Positions 1 through 12,822 of a stretch of DNA of 64,000 bases are shown here, in pieces. The DNA is taken from NCBI GenBank assembly GCA_951406725.2, contig OX597815.1, positions 23,622,001 to 23,686,000 of the forward strand, in the 5' to 3' direction. A model generated the notes under the pieces. It did not search any database and was not told the DNA's origin. It worked only from the letters and a program-made list of their open reading frames with translations. Source of the DNA: Octopus vulgaris. Lineage: Eukaryota. Positions within the stretch are counted from its first letter, which is position 1, and the number at the start of each line of letters is the position of its first letter. Made by a program: the position numbers and the translations under genes.

Positions 1-548
1 TTGAACAAAGGCAATCTGAGACCACAGAGTACTCAATAAATAACTATGAGGATGATCCGATGAGTATTTACCTTTTGTAAGCAATTACAAATATCATATA
101 CAGCGATAAACAATGACTGGTTAGCAGATGCCAACAGGATTTTGAAATTGTCTATTTTCAGAATATGCCTAAGCAAGTAAATAGTTAAAAAAAAAGTTTT
201 CATATCATTATCAACACTGCTAAATGAAACTGAATAGTTATTTATTTTCTTACATTCATTATACAAGATAAAGTAGGAGACCCAAAGTTTGAGCAGTATA
301 CTCAATTATAAGTAACAGTGTACTCAATGAAGATTAACTGTTAATGAATTAGTTATACAGTCTGTGTAATAAAGGAAGTTCTCTCAATGCAATTCAATTG
401 GAGATTAAATAGATTATAATAAGAGTTGCAATAGCTTGGCATTTGTAGAAGTTCAGGAAGTAGTATGTTAACAAAAGGGTTTCTCTGGAGTATATGTGAT
501 GCTGTATGTTAATGAAGCATAGGTACAGATGGTTTGCAGTATCTGGAG

Positions 549-726
549 CAGTGGTTCGCAACCAAGGTCCCCTTTTATTTAAATGAGTTTTCCCACAGAC
601 CCCTGTTTAATATGCTTATCCTTATGTATATGTATATACATATGAAATTTTGAATTTAGTTCACAGACCCCAGTACTACTTTTGCAGACCATCAGGGGTC
701 TGTGGACCACAGGTTGGGAACCACTG
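549..726. mobile_element. hAT-type MITE
   Basis: TIRs CAGTGGTT...AACCACTG; 8-bp TSD ATCTGGAG (541-548) / ATCTAGAG (727-734). Confidence 0.75.
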
Positions 727-869
727 ATCTAGAGAGAAAAGAGTTGTATTTGTTCTGTGTGCAATGGCTACTTACTTAAAAGGTAGAACACAACAGAAAG
801 ATACCCTTTATTTCTAAAGAGAAAACTCTAAATTTATAGCTATTTCAATTTCATTACAAACACCTCTAT

Positions 870-1244
870 GGATGGAAGCACTCCGTCGGTTACGACGACG
901 AGGGTTCCGGTTGATCCGAATCAACGGAACAGCCTGCTCGTGAAATTAACGTGTAAGTGGCTGAGCACTCCACAGACACGTGTACCCTTAACGTAGTTCT
1001 CGGGGATATTCAGCGTGACAAGGCCGGCCCCTTGAAATACAGGTACAACAGAAACAGGAAGTAAGAGTGAGAGAAAGTTGTGGTGAAAGAGTACAGCAAG
1101 GATCACAACCATCCCCTGCCGGAGCCTCGTGGAGCTTTAGGTGTTTTCGCTCAATAAACACTCACAACGCCCGGTCTGGGAATCGAAACCGCGATCCTAT
1201 GACCGCGAGTCCGCTGCCCTAACCACTGGGCCATTGCGCCTCCA
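870..1244 (-). mobile_element. tRNA-derived SINE, full length
   Basis: Minus-strand head with A box TGGCCCAGTGG and B box GGTTTCGATTCC; 15-bp TSD TACAAACACCTCTAT at 855-869 and 1245-1259; related copies at 27.1, 37.1 and 58.4 kb. Confidence 0.85.
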
Positions 1245-1374
1245 TACAAACACCTCTATAATTGTCAGTTGGATAATCAAATGTCTCCACTACTCATAAA
1301 TATCTGAGTTATTCATGAATTTAATTTCTTGAGTATCTTTAAAGTCAGCTAGTTACATGTCTGCAGTCTTGCTT

Positions 1375-2000
1375 TCCATTTATTTTGGTGCCCTCTGGCT
1401 GCATTCAATACGGCGATGAGGCAATGGGTCGAATGCAATGTTTCGAGAAGCACGGGCGCTTTAAAAGCGGAAGGCCGTCCCTGGAAAACCTGCCCCGAGC
1501 GTTACCCTTGGAAATATGCTATTGCACATCAAGAATTCGTCCCCTAAGTGCAGATCGTCAATCGAGAATTCTACTGTGACATTTTAAAACGTCTGATGGA
1601 GGACATTCGGTGAAAGCGACCGGATTTGTGGAGTGCGAAGATGGAATTCTTCACTGAGCTCTTCTCACTCGTGAGTTTCTTGCCCAAAACATGATATCGT
1701 TTCCGCATACGACCTATTCGCCAGATTTAGCACATGTAGACTTCCACCTCTTCTCCGAGATGAGAATGCAGCTCAAAGATCACTGTTTTAACACCGTTGT
1801 CGAGATCCTAAGCGAATCACAGAAGGCTCTCGATTCGCTTACGGAAAACGACTTCCAGGCCGGATCACAAAAGTAGCGGGAACCGGCGTGTTCCTGCTCA
1901 GGGTGACTATTTCGGAGGAGATTGTTAAAACTTGGGTAAACAAGTTATTATTTTTTTTTTATTAAACGTAACTAGTACTGGAACCTGATACCATCTCGTA
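1375..2000 (+). mobile_element. decayed Tc1/mariner transposase remnant
   Basis: ORF 1691-1876 contains HTTYSPDLAHVDFHLF, matching the mariner YSPDLAPxD motif; frameshifted upstream. Confidence 0.8.
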
Positions 2001-2314
2001 TCAGCAAACTTAAGACTAGTTTCAAAACTTTGATGAAAGCATCTAAGTGTCAATTGATATGTTATGGAATTGTGCAAAGAAAAGAAAAGAAACGAGACAC
2101 TCGAATTCATCGCACCCAATTAAATACTTAATTCAGTGAACTTGTGTGGTGTTACGTTTTTTCTTAATTGATAGGTTTGAACAACCATTTAAAGATATTA
2201 CATTCGTTTATTATTTACATTTTTAAAAATTCATAAAACCTTCACTTTAATCCATAAAAATACTCCCGCATTTTAACCGGTAAAACAACTTTTGACAAAG
2301 TAAATACTTTAAAG

Positions 2315-2503
2315 CAGTGCTTTTCAACCCTTTTGCTGGAGCGGAACCCCAAGAAAACATTCCACTGGCTCGAGGAACCCCTGTGCAATAATTTAATTGT
2401 CTTATGCACAGGAGAATTAAAAATTATTGTCGATTTTAGCAGTTTTGTAACTTCTTGCGGAACCCCTGGACTGTACTGGCGGAACCCTGGTTGAAAACCA
2501 CTG
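2315..2503. mobile_element. hAT (Charlie-like) MITE
   Basis: TIRs CAGTGCTTTTCAACC / GGTTGAAAACCACTG; perfect 8-bp TSD CTTTAAAG; same family as 26304-26522 in opposite orientation. Confidence 0.85.
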
Positions 2504-2635
2504 CTTTAAAGGGTCACATTTATACCCACTGAACTCCCAACTTTATAACTACCAAATATATGAATGCTAACTTCATCTGGTCAATATATATATATAAAGC
2601 AAGAGAGATATATATAGTTTGGGAAGAATAAATAC

Positions 2636-2809
2636 CTCGAGGTCTACCCATACTATTCGTTCTTTGGCAACATCCAGCATGCTGGTGGTCATTCCGTTTC
2701 TGTTGATCGACAGAGGAGTGCGTCGGGTGAGCAGCGGACAACGAAGTACCTGCCTTTGATATTTCCATAACAAAGGGGTCGTTGTTCGTAAACATCGAAA
2801 CCCGTTCAT
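2636..2809 (-). CDS. REXO2: oligoribonuclease (REXO2/Orn, DEDDh exonuclease), coding exon 1; remaining exons lie outside the window to the left
   Basis: 58 codons ending RIVWVDLE, matching the ExoI motif start of REXO2 (RMVWVDLE|MTG), then a phase-0 donor GAG|GTATTT; Arg-rich, acid-free N-terminus resembles a mitochondrial presequence. Confidence 0.8.
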
Positions 2810-2958
2810 ATGTAGAACGAATAGACTTCTTAATAGGAATTAGAAATTTTAAAGTGGTTGCAGAATAAATCGAGATAAACAATGATTTCCGGAAGTAGAA
2901 AGTTTACGTAGTGGAGAGAGAAAGTCGGAGGCACTCGACATTGGTGAGGCAGTTCGAG
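2810..2958. promoter_or_regulatory. bidirectional promoter/5'UTR interval between REXO2 and CDK7
   Basis: 149 bp between divergent ATGs; palindromic TTCCGGAA (2887-2894) overlapping ETS/GABP consensus CCGGAAGT (2889-2896). Confidence 0.7.
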
Positions 2959-3012
2959 ATGGTCGAGAAGCAGCGCCGTTATGAGAAAATAGAGTTCTTA
3001 GGAGAAGGACAA
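2959..3012 (+). CDS. CDK7: cyclin-dependent kinase 7, exon 1 (MVEKQRRYEKIEFLGEGQ)
   Basis: ATG at 2959; matches CDK7 RYEKLDFLGEGQ; GT donor at 3013. Confidence 0.95.
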
Positions 3013-3254
3013 GTAATATATTCTTAGCTTTTTGGTTTATTTTGTAGTCTTAATTTATTGCAGTGAAGTCCCACGAAGCATTTCCATAACGGGATACATT
3101 ATTTACCTTTTCTTTTAATTTCTGTTTTTGTCATAAAACAGCATGCTGTTTCAATTTATCACAATGTTTACATCACTGTTCCACTATCTTCCTATATTAT
3201 AAAATTCTCATTCCAATTATTTGTGGTACTCATCATCATTAACTTTCTCTGACA

Positions 3255-3654
3255 TCTTTATATATAAAACTGTAGTTGTGTGAGTGTCTGTCTCCTACGA
3301 TTTAGATTCCTAACTACTCCCACATTTTGCTGTGCAGTTTAACCAAAAGCGGGTATCTTATAGTCGTGATTCATATCGAGCCCTTCTGGGTATTAGCGCG
3401 CATCTACTATGAGTCTACGATTTTTAAAATAATTTACCATCATTTTTTATCATTTTAATGCATTTTTTCGCTATTATATAAGGGAAGTAACTCTCTAAAA
3501 ATGTCTACGATGAGTAAACGATTAAAAAAAAATTTACCATAATTTTTTTCCATTTTTAATGCATTTTTTTGCTAGTTTTTGGCTATAACTCTCTAAAAAT
3601 GCTTATATAGTTATTTCCCTTACAAACCCGAGCAACGCCGGGCGATACTGCTAG
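3255..3654 (+). mobile_element. non-autonomous Helitron
   Basis: 5' A|TC start, subterminal hairpin CCCGAGCAACGCCGGG, 3' CTAG|T end; second copy at 12547-12822 on -. Confidence 0.8.
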
Positions 3655-4981
3655 TTTTTTTATATAATAAGTAATGAAACTTTTTTCATATTAGAAGAAA
3701 ATCACCATGAGTTCACTTATAAAAAGAAAATTAATCTTTATTTCTAAAATAATTTATTTGATATTTTATAGTTTTTATTTTTAGCTAGTTTGATTAGTAA
3801 TCTTTTATTTATCTGGTTCTTATCACATGTAATGTTTATTCTAAAATCCTTTTTCTTACATCTACCAATTCTTCTAAGAACCTTTTTAATTCTTTCAAAT
3901 TCTGACACAATGCCAGCAATTTTGATGGGAGGGGACCAGTCGAATATATTGACCCTAATACTTGACTGGTACTTTTATTTTACCGGTTCCATTAGGATGA
4001 GAGACAAAGTTAACCTCGACGGTATTTGAACGCAGAACCTAGCGAACCGGAAAAAATGCCGATAAGTATTTTTATCCGACGTCCTAACGATTCTGCCGGC
4101 TCGCCTCCTTTTAGAACATTTTAATGAATGATACATGCCAAAATTGTTTGTCTGTTCAAGCAAAAGCACGGATACTCAAATTTTATCTGAATAAGGTTCG
4201 AAGCTAAAGCTAAAACAATCCCCTCATTTGATGATAACCAGAGCCTCTACCTTATACAAGACTGCTTGAAATAGCTGCCAAATTTCATTCGAATTACAAT
4301 CTACCCCTTTAAAAAAAAACTCTTTAAGTATTGTGACCTGGGTTCCCTGCTCATAGGAAAAAGATAGATTGGCCGCGGATTAAATTATAGATACGATAGA
4401 ACAGACTTGATGTGAGATTAAATAACTATTGCAGCTGATAAATTTGCAGTTGGTCATTTCTTGGTGATCTCCCTTGTTAACATTTAAGACTACTTTTCTA
4501 AAAATACTTACTATATCATTTTTTTGTCTCCCAGATGATATAATCAGTTATATATTTCACCCTCTAAACATTAAAATAAACTTTGTTACATAATATGCTC
4601 AAGTTGTGACAGATATTTGATTATTATGAGCTGTATATTCTTTTCAATATTTAGTGGTTTTGTGCATACTGTCTTAAACTCTTCGAGTGTGTGTTCTTGG
4701 ACAATAGACTGCAAACCACAACATACAGTAATATTTAATTTCTTTTAATATGCTCTATGTAAGATTGTTACGAACTATTACTTCTTAAAAGACCAAAGTT
4801 GTTTCAGAATGATATGAAATCAGAAGATCAATATTGTATCTAGCTTTGATTTAAATTCCTCTTTTCTAGTTTTACTAATAAATCTTGTAGCTGATCCAAC
4901 TGAATTTATTGTAAATCTAAGACTGGTACTTCTCTACGAGTCACTTTTCTCCATTTTAAGCAGTTCCACTACTTCTACTTT

Positions 4982-5240
4982 CATCATCATCATCATTTAA
5001 CGTCCGCTTTCCATGCTAGCATGGGTTGGACGATTTGACTGAGGTCTGGCGAACCAGACTCCAATCTGATCTGGCAGAGTTTCTACAGCTGGATGCCCTT
5101 CCTAACGCCAACCACTCTGAGAGTGTAGTGGGTGCTTTTACATGCCACCGGCACGAGGGCCAGTCTGGCAGTACTGGCAATGGTCACACTCAAAATGGTG
5201 CTTTTTATGTGCCAACTGCACAGGAGCCAGTCCAGCGGCA
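4982..5240 (-). mobile_element. RTE 3'-tail element (SINE or 5'-truncated RTE) with (CAT)n tail
   Basis: Shares GCATGGAAAGCGGACGTTAAA(TGA)n end with the 3' end of the RTE at 43160-44610. Confidence 0.8.
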
Positions 5241-5918
5241 CAAAACAGAAATTATTAATTCCCTGAAAACATTCAGAAAGCTAATATATGGTTACCAGGT
5301 GTTTCTCCTAGTGAAGGAAAGATTGTATGAAGTGTGATGTTGCATGACAAACAAAACATGGACACTGAATGCAGATAATGAGTGATGCTGGAAAGAAATG
5401 ATGCAAGCATACTCTGTGTGAAGTGTAATGTTAGTTTCAATAAATGACAGTGTGCAAATGAGCTGAGAGAAAAAGACTGTGTATAAGCGGAATTAGATGT
5501 AGAATGTAAGAGAGAAGACTGTGATGCATATGGAGGAATAGCAACTGAAAAACGATATGCCGAGTGATCCAATGTGAATGAATTTGTGGAAGATGAAAAC
5601 TTTGGGAAATATGGGAAGAAGTAATGAAAGGTGATCTTAAGAAGCTAAACGAAAGAGATGATAAAGGATTACAACAAATTATCAGATGCTATATTAGAGA
5701 AGATCCATCCAACCCATGACATTGTAGAAATCTGAATATAAAAATAATGATGGTGTTGATGGGGATATGAAATGAGATATGATATTTATGTTTTCTTATG
5801 AGTTTAGTATATGAAAAATGCCTTATAAGCTTATTACTCCTTGATATGCTGTGTCAAAAACATAATAAGCTTACAATTATTCACAGAATTATTCTTATTC
5901 ACTTACATTTCATTTCAG

Positions 5919-5978
5919 TTTGCTACAGTATACAAAGCCAAAGACCTTGTAGATGACAAAATTGTTGCTGTTAAAAAG
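5919..5978 (+). CDS. CDK7: CDK7 exon 2 (FATVYKAKDLVDDKIVAVKK)
   Basis: AG/GT bounded, phase 0, catalytic Lys motif VAVKK. Confidence 0.95.
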
Positions 5979-6817
5979 GTAATATTTTTCATTTACAGCC
6001 TCCATAATAAATGCTACATTTTTATTATAGCAATTTAGAATTTAAAAATTTTATTTTCATCATCTCTAACCATCTTTCACTTTCCCATACACTCTTGCAA
6101 CCTCTATTCATCTACACCTCCAGTTCTCCTGCTCCAAATCCCACTTGCCTCATACCTTGAGGCTCACAGTGACACCTTATCTTTATCAGTTTCACCTCAT
6201 TTACTCCCACACACTTTTATATAAAGTGAGTAGCCATGCAGCTCCTTTACAGCAAGAAATCCATTCTGTGTGAGTACCTTCTCTCAAAATTTAACCCCTG
6301 TCTTCTAGCATAAAAGCCACTTCCCTCTTTACTGGAGCTTCAGTCACTAGAAGGGGATCTTAGTCTTGCAAGTAAGCTGTATGGCTGCCTCACTAGTCCT
6401 GGTGTCACAAGAAAGAAATCCAGTACATGTTTCAAAGTGGTTGGCATTAAGAATGGTATTCAGTCATAGGAACCATCTCAAAGCAGACATCAGAGCATGA
6501 TGCTGTCCTCAGATCTGTCTAACCGTCCAACCCATTCACTCACAATTTGGACATTTTGCAGAACTTTATAGTCCTTCAATTGCTATTATAAAGTGTGTTT
6601 TCTGATGTATTCCTTCTATATCATCCATTTATGATGCTATATTTCTAAGTACTTAACTCAACAATCACTTCTTTTTTAAAGAAAGAGTGAAGGTGAGTTT
6701 TGATTTCCTACAAATATTGATATTATTTTATTGATCCTAGTGAGTCAACTCTAAAAAAAACATTTGAAGCATGCTGCTTATAGTTCTACATTATTTCTGA
6801 CTGTCATGATTATTATA

Positions 6818-7205
6818 CTCTTTACTCTTTTACTTGTTTCAGTCATTTGACTGCGGCCATGCTGGAGCACCGCCTTTGGTCGAGCAAATCAGCCCCGGGA
6901 CTTATTCTTTGTAAGCCCAGTACTTATTCTATCGGTTTCTTTTGCCGAACCGCTAAGTGACGGGGACGTAAACACACCAGCACCGGTTGTCAAGCAAAGC
7001 TAGGGGGACAAACACACATACACATATATATACATATATACGACAGGCTTCTTTCAGTTTCCCTCTACCAAATCCACTCACAAGGCATTGGTCAGCCCGG
7101 GGCTATAGCAGAAGACACTTGCCCAAGATGCCACACAGTGGGACTGAACCCAGAACCATGTGGTTGGTTAGCAAGCTACTTACCACACAGCCACTCCTGC
7201 GCCTA
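6818..7205 (-). mobile_element. tRNA-derived SINE (second family)
   Basis: Head GGCGCAGGAGTGGCTGTGTGG...GGGTTCAGTCCC; (AAGAGTA)-like tail; copies at 33431-33797 and 35883-36285. Confidence 0.8.
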
Positions 7206-7894
7206 TACTATATATAAAAATAATAAATGTTTCTTCAAACATGACATATTTTGTAAAACTGTTCAAATTTACCTTATGTACATCATATCTTTTCTTAGTA
7301 CTTACTATTTGTCACCAGTTCCCCTGTTTGCATAGGATTGTTGAGCAGAATTGTCTGTTAACTTTCTTCAGGAGTCAACTTTCTACTATTGTACTTTCAG
7401 ATATAAACGGCAAAATGTCTGTGTGTGTGTCCTTTATACAAATCCACAATTTTTCAGTTAGAGGGCTCGCACTTTCTATGGTCATTCAAAACCGTCCAAG
7501 GGTGGTCGTGCACATCTTTACATTTCCCCAGTCACCCTGCAAAGCCATTAAAAACTCAATAGAAGTGACTTTTTTGTGAATTTTCTATCCAAAACCCAAT
7601 CAAAATGCCTGAAACTTGATACACCAATTGAATGCCAGCTAGCTGTATGTGATTGGTCAGAGATTTGGACAGTACTCGCGTGTATGTACGCACGCACGCA
7701 GCTGTATATGCATGCACTAGCACTATCATTGTTATTGACGAGGCAGAGGTTGCTAAGGGTTATAATGCAAGACCAACGATAGGGTTTCAACTTTTAACTA
7801 ACCATCCAATTACTACTCTTCTTTTTTTATATAAAATATTTATTTAAACTGACTGTAATCATTGTATCTGAATTTTTTTTCCATGTTCTTTTAG

Positions 7895-7996
7895 ATTAAA
7901 ATTGGCACCAGAGCTGAAGCAGCTGATGGAATAAATCGTACTGCTTTACGAGAAATCAAATTGCTTCAAGAAATCAGTCATCCTAATATTATTGGT
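7895..7996 (+). CDS. CDK7: CDK7 exon 3 ([34 protein letters not shown])
   Basis: CDK7-diagnostic NRTALRE helix; AG/GT bounded. Confidence 0.97.
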
Positions 7997-8084
7997 GTAA
8001 GTAATACTGTTTGATCATTTGTTCTTTAAAACTGAGATAACCATATCTATTCAAATTGTTTTGTATTTGATATTTCATTAATTG

Positions 8085-8405
8085 GGTTCCATGTCGGTGA
8101 CACGTAAAAGGCACCATTCGAGCGGGATCGTTACCAGCATCGCCTTACTGGCACCTGTGCCAGTGGCATGTGTAAAAGATTCGAGCGAGGTCGTTGCCAG
8201 TACCGCCTGACTGGCCCTGTGCCGGTGGCACATAAAAGCAGCCACTACACTCTTGAAGTTGTTGGCGTTAGGAAGGGCATCCAGCTGTAGAAACTCTGCC
8301 AGATCAAGATTGGAGCCTGGTGCAGCCATCTGGTTCGCCAGCCCTCAGCCAAATCGTCCAACCAATGCTAGCATGGAATGCGGACGTTAAACGATGATGA
8401 TGATG
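8085..8405 (+). mobile_element. RTE 3'-tail element
   Basis: Same family as 4982-5240, (GAT)n tail. Confidence 0.8.
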
Positions 8406-9084
8406 TTATTTACTGTATTTTTCAATATATGGCACACATTTTTTTCATGAAAAGTCATGACTATGATTTTCACAATGTTGACTTTACAGCAGGTGCATAT
8501 TTACGTACTGCACCAGTTGTAAGGTCACTTTTAAATTTTCTTTTTGTTTTATTTAGGTTACATGAATTTTTAAAATTTATTTTATTTAACAATTCTAATA
8601 AATACGATTAACACTCATTTTCCCATACATTGTAATATTAATGTATGGGTATATATACACTAGAGACTTTTGTCTGAGATTAATTAAGGGTGCTCATTAT
8701 ACATGAGTGCATATTATACATGAATTAATATGGTGATAGCTGTTTAATTCTCTGCAAATTTGTTATGTAAAAAGCTTAGTTGAAAGCAGTGATAAATGTT
8801 AGTTAACTTTCCTGGAATTATATATTTTGAAATAATCAGTAGTCAAATTGTGATCTTAAATTGATATCTTTTTAAGAAAATTTGTCTGTGATTCAAGAAA
8901 TTTTCCTGGTATAACATTCCTGATTCTAGGCTTACTTTTCATCATTATTAGCAATATTTAAAGAATTGTTGAATCTTAAAATTAAAAGAACAAATGAAAC
9001 TACTAATCTAGCATTGATCTTAATCTAATGTTTATGGACCAGGAATTCAGTAACTTAATAATTTATTGCTTATTTTTGTTCCAG

Positions 9085-9153
9085 CTACTAAATGTTTTTG
9101 GACACAAATCAAATGTTAGTCTTGTGTTTGATTTCATGGAAACAGACCTTGAA
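9085..9153 (+). CDS. CDK7: CDK7 exon 4 ([23 protein letters not shown])
   Basis: Hinge FDFMETDLE; AG/GT bounded. Confidence 0.97.
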
Positions 9154-9294
9154 GTAAGTTCCATTGATTTATATTGTATTATTATATTAAGGATTTTGAT
9201 GCTAATTATTTTTAGAATAAAAACCAACTGTGAATTCTGATGGAATGACTGATTAGCAATTAAATTATTATGATGTTGATGTACTTGAGACCTA

Positions 9295-9650
9295 TTGAGT
9301 CAAGTACATCAACGTCAAAATAAATATCAAATGGAAATTGTAGTTGTGATACCTGTGCTGGTGGCACGTAAAAAGCACCATCCGAACGTGGCCGATGCCA
9401 GCGCCGATTGACTGGCTTCTGTACCAGTGGCACGTAAAAAGCACCAACCAATCGTGGCCGCTGCCAGCCTCCCCTGGCACGTTAAAAGCACCCACTACAC
9501 TCACGGAGTGGTTGGCATTAGGAAGGGCGTCCAGCTGTAGAAACACTGCCAGATCAGACTGGAGCCTGGTGCAGCCTCCTGGTTTCCCAGACCCCGGTCG
9601 AACCGTCCAACCCGTGCTAGCACAGAAAACGGACGTTAAACGACGATGAT
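9295..9650 (+). mobile_element. RTE 3'-tail element
   Basis: Internal repeats of GGTGGCACGTAAAAAGCACC; shared 3' end. Confidence 0.75.
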
Positions 9651-10411
9651 AAAAATGGTGATAGTGGAGAGAAATTTCGTAAAGCATGTGCCAAACTGTT
9701 ATAGTATGCAGCTGTGAGAGTTGATGCTGTAGGCAGAAATCTTAAATTGAGAAAGCGGTTGTTGTATGCAGGGAAGCATAGTTATAGTAGAGTCACTTGA
9801 CGTGTAAGATGTTTGAGAATGTGTTATGAGCTGGTGATGGTGGTGGTGGTGGAGGTGGTGGAAGCAGAAACAGATCTAAGAAGTAGATTGGATTTGTACA
9901 AACTTTCCTCATAGAGGAGATGGAAGACTGTATGATTGCAATCCATTCGTAAGAAAATGAACGTTTTTAACCTTTTAGTATTCAGATTATTCTGTCAAAA
10001 ATAATGCTTATTTATTCACATTGCTTTGAATTACTCAGTCATTATCTTGTAGCTTCAATGTTTCAGTGTGATTGGTTATTTTTAGAATAATATTGTAGAG
10101 TTGGTGTGAGAGGCCATTTCTGGCCAGTTTGAACATAAAGCAGGTAGAATATTATGGCCAGATATAACCAGTTAAATGCTAAAGGACTATTGTGTTATAT
10201 AGACAATAGATTTGAATTCACAATTTCTGTTGTTTTTCCTGTTTCCTCTCAACTGTCTATCACTTCACTTCTATTTTGTATTTACTGGCTTCCATAAAAA
10301 CAGGAAACAGATTTTTTTTGTTTCTTGTTATTGTAGTTTTTTTTTTTGTAATTATGCAGCTGTAAATTTGTGGCAGGAGTTGGGAAAAAATACTTGTATT
10401 TGGTGTGTTAA

Positions 10412-10631
10412 CCCTTTTGATACCAACCCAGCCAAAACCACCTCTGGCTCTGTAGTACAAATGTCTTGTTTTCATAAGTTTTGAATTAAAATCTTCCACC
10501 AAACCTTAGTCACAATTTATGTTCTTAACACTAGCTTAATGATAACTAAGTTATTTTACTAAATTCTTTGTTATATTTAAAATTAATTGAAAGAAACAGA
10601 ACATCTCAAAATAAATATAGTAACGAAAGGG
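10412..10631. mobile_element. piggyBac-like MITE
   Basis: TTAA|CCCTTT...AAAGGG|TTAA termini. Confidence 0.7.
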
Positions 10632-10884
10632 TTAAGGTAATCCAGGTTTGCATAGGAAGTGACACTAATCCCCTTATAAGCCACTTCACTCAGTTTTGGA
10701 ATCCTTTCTTGTTCTTATTTTGCTATTGTATACTGTTATTGGTATTTATTATGCTTATCAATGTGCTTTTATCGTTTTGCTTGTCCTCAATATCTCGGGG
10801 CCTTCTGGCTGATAAATGAAATCATTATTATTAGCGATGGAGGATGATGCTTTGAAAGTATAGTTGCCAGAATACAAATTGGCT

Positions 10885-11350
10885 AAAGAAAGTTCAGAAA
10901 ACTTTTACTCCTGTCAGTAACAAAAGGTCTCTCTCTCAGAATGAAAGGTAGATTGTACGATGCCTGTGTATGAACAGCAATGCTACATGACCATGAAACT
11001 TGGGCTGTGAATGCAAAGGACATGTGAAAACTTGAAAGAAATGAAATAAGTATGCTTCGATAGATGTGCAATGTCAGTGTGCACGTATGACAGAGCACAG
11101 AAAAACTGGGCAAAAGCGGCATCAAATGCAGGAGAGAAGATTGCACTGGTATAGTCATGTGACATGGATGGATGAGGATAGCAGTAGATAGAAGTGCCAA
11201 TCACTAAACCTGGAAAGAACATGTGGAAGAGGTAGACCTTGGGAGACATGGGATGAAGCGGTGAAGACTGACCTCAAGATGTTGAGCTTCTCAGAGGAGA
11301 TGAGGAAATTAGATGAATGGTGTTATTCTGTGCTTGAGAAGACCCATCCA
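10885..11350 (+). mobile_element. decayed RTE LINE 3' RT fragment
   Basis: Homologous to 43470-43940 (KFRELLPLL...GRPRKTW region) with stops; similar remnant near 5280-5760. Confidence 0.7.
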
Positions 11351-12257
11351 TCTCAGCAAAACTGAAGCTGTGTCAAGCCTTCCCCCACAATTCATCTTCT
11401 ATTTTCTTGACTTCCTGCTATACTGAACTGATATCCTCTGCATTCAACTCATTCCCTATCTCAGCTGTAGAAACACTGCCAGATCAGATTGGGCCTGGTG
11501 CAGCCTCCTGGCTTCCCAGACACCAGTTGAACCGTCCAACCTATGCTAGCATGGAAAGCAGACATTAAACGATGATGATGATGATAATAATCATCTGTCC
11601 CACTATTTTCTCTCAGTGCACTTCCTATTCTGTCTCATGTTCACATTGCACCTAGACTTCACATATCTTCTCTCTCATTTTCTAGGTGGGCAAGCCATGT
11701 ATTCACTTCTTCAGCAAGACACTCGCTTCTCTCTCTCTATCAGTTTCTTTCTCCAGTCTATACCCCACTCAGTTAAGGGGGTCTTATCTTGCAGGTAGTT
11801 GGCAACCTCACTGGTGCTGGTGTCATGTAAAAAGCATCCAGTACACTCTGTCAAGTGGTTGGCATTAAGAAGGGCATCTTGCTCTAGAACTGTGCCAAAG
11901 CAGACATAGAAGCTGACGGAGCACTCTAGCTCATCTGTTCTTATTGAACTGTCCAATCCATGCCAGTATAGATAAAGGGACATTATATGATGGTAGTGAT
12001 GATGATGATGATGAGTGCCAGAACTGTCGGAGTATTGGACAAAATGTTTTGCAGCATTGTTTCCCGCATTGTATGTTCTGAGTTAAAATCATACTGAGGT
12101 CAACTTTGCTTTCAAAGTCAATAAAATAACGCATCAATTGATTACAGGGGTCATTAACTAAACACCTCCTCTCAAAATTGCTGGCCTTATACCTCAATGA
12201 GAAACAAATATTGCCTTGTTGTCTTTTAAACCTTCCTTTGATTTGTTTCAATTTCAG

Positions 12258-12368
12258 ATAATCATCAAGGACTCCAGCATTGTGTTAACACCAGGTCACA
12301 TCAAATCATATATTCTACAGACCTTAGAAGGCCTTAACTACCTCCATGCACACTGGATTTTGCACAGA
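12258..12368 (+). CDS. CDK7: CDK7 exon 5 ([37 protein letters not shown])
   Basis: Ends in WILHR of the catalytic loop; AG/GT bounded. Confidence 0.97.
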
Positions 12369-12546
12369 GTAAGTTACTGATTCTCTTCTGATTCTTTTTG
12401 TTTATTTCTTATGACATTTTATGATCCTTAATTATGAAAGGAGTGAAATGTAAATATTTATTTGCATATTTGATTGGAAAAGCATGGTGACAGATTTTAA
12501 GTTTGTGAAGTATGGTGCCAAACCTGAGCTTCTGTCTTATAGTATA

Positions 12547-12822
12547 CTAGCAGTATCGCTCGGGTTTGTAAAGGAAATAACTATATAAGCATTTTTAGAG
12601 AGTTACTTCCCTTATATAAACCGAGCAAAAAATGCGAAAAAATGATGGTAAATTTTTTTATCATTGTAGACGCGCGCTAATACCCAGAAGGGCTTGATAT
12701 GAATCACGACTATAAGATACCCGCTTTTGGTTAAACTGCACCGCAAAATGTGGGAGTAGTTAGGAATCTAAATCGGAGGAGACAGACTCTCACACACACA
12801 ACTTCAGTTTTATATATAAAGA
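12547..12822 (-). mobile_element. non-autonomous Helitron
   Basis: Reverse complement of the 3255-3654 family, with TC...CTAG termini. Confidence 0.75.

Noticed and set aside
72-168. AG/GT-bounded 97-nt minus-strand segment as REXO2 exon 2
   Set aside because: Does not encode the expected MTGL... continuation and would shift frame
1170-1244. tRNA gene
   Set aside because: A and B boxes belong to a SINE head flanked by a TSD; no complete cloverleaf
5026-5337. Recurrent FLQLDALPNANHS ORFs (many copies)
   Set aside because: Antisense readings of the RTE 3'-tail repeat, not a protein family
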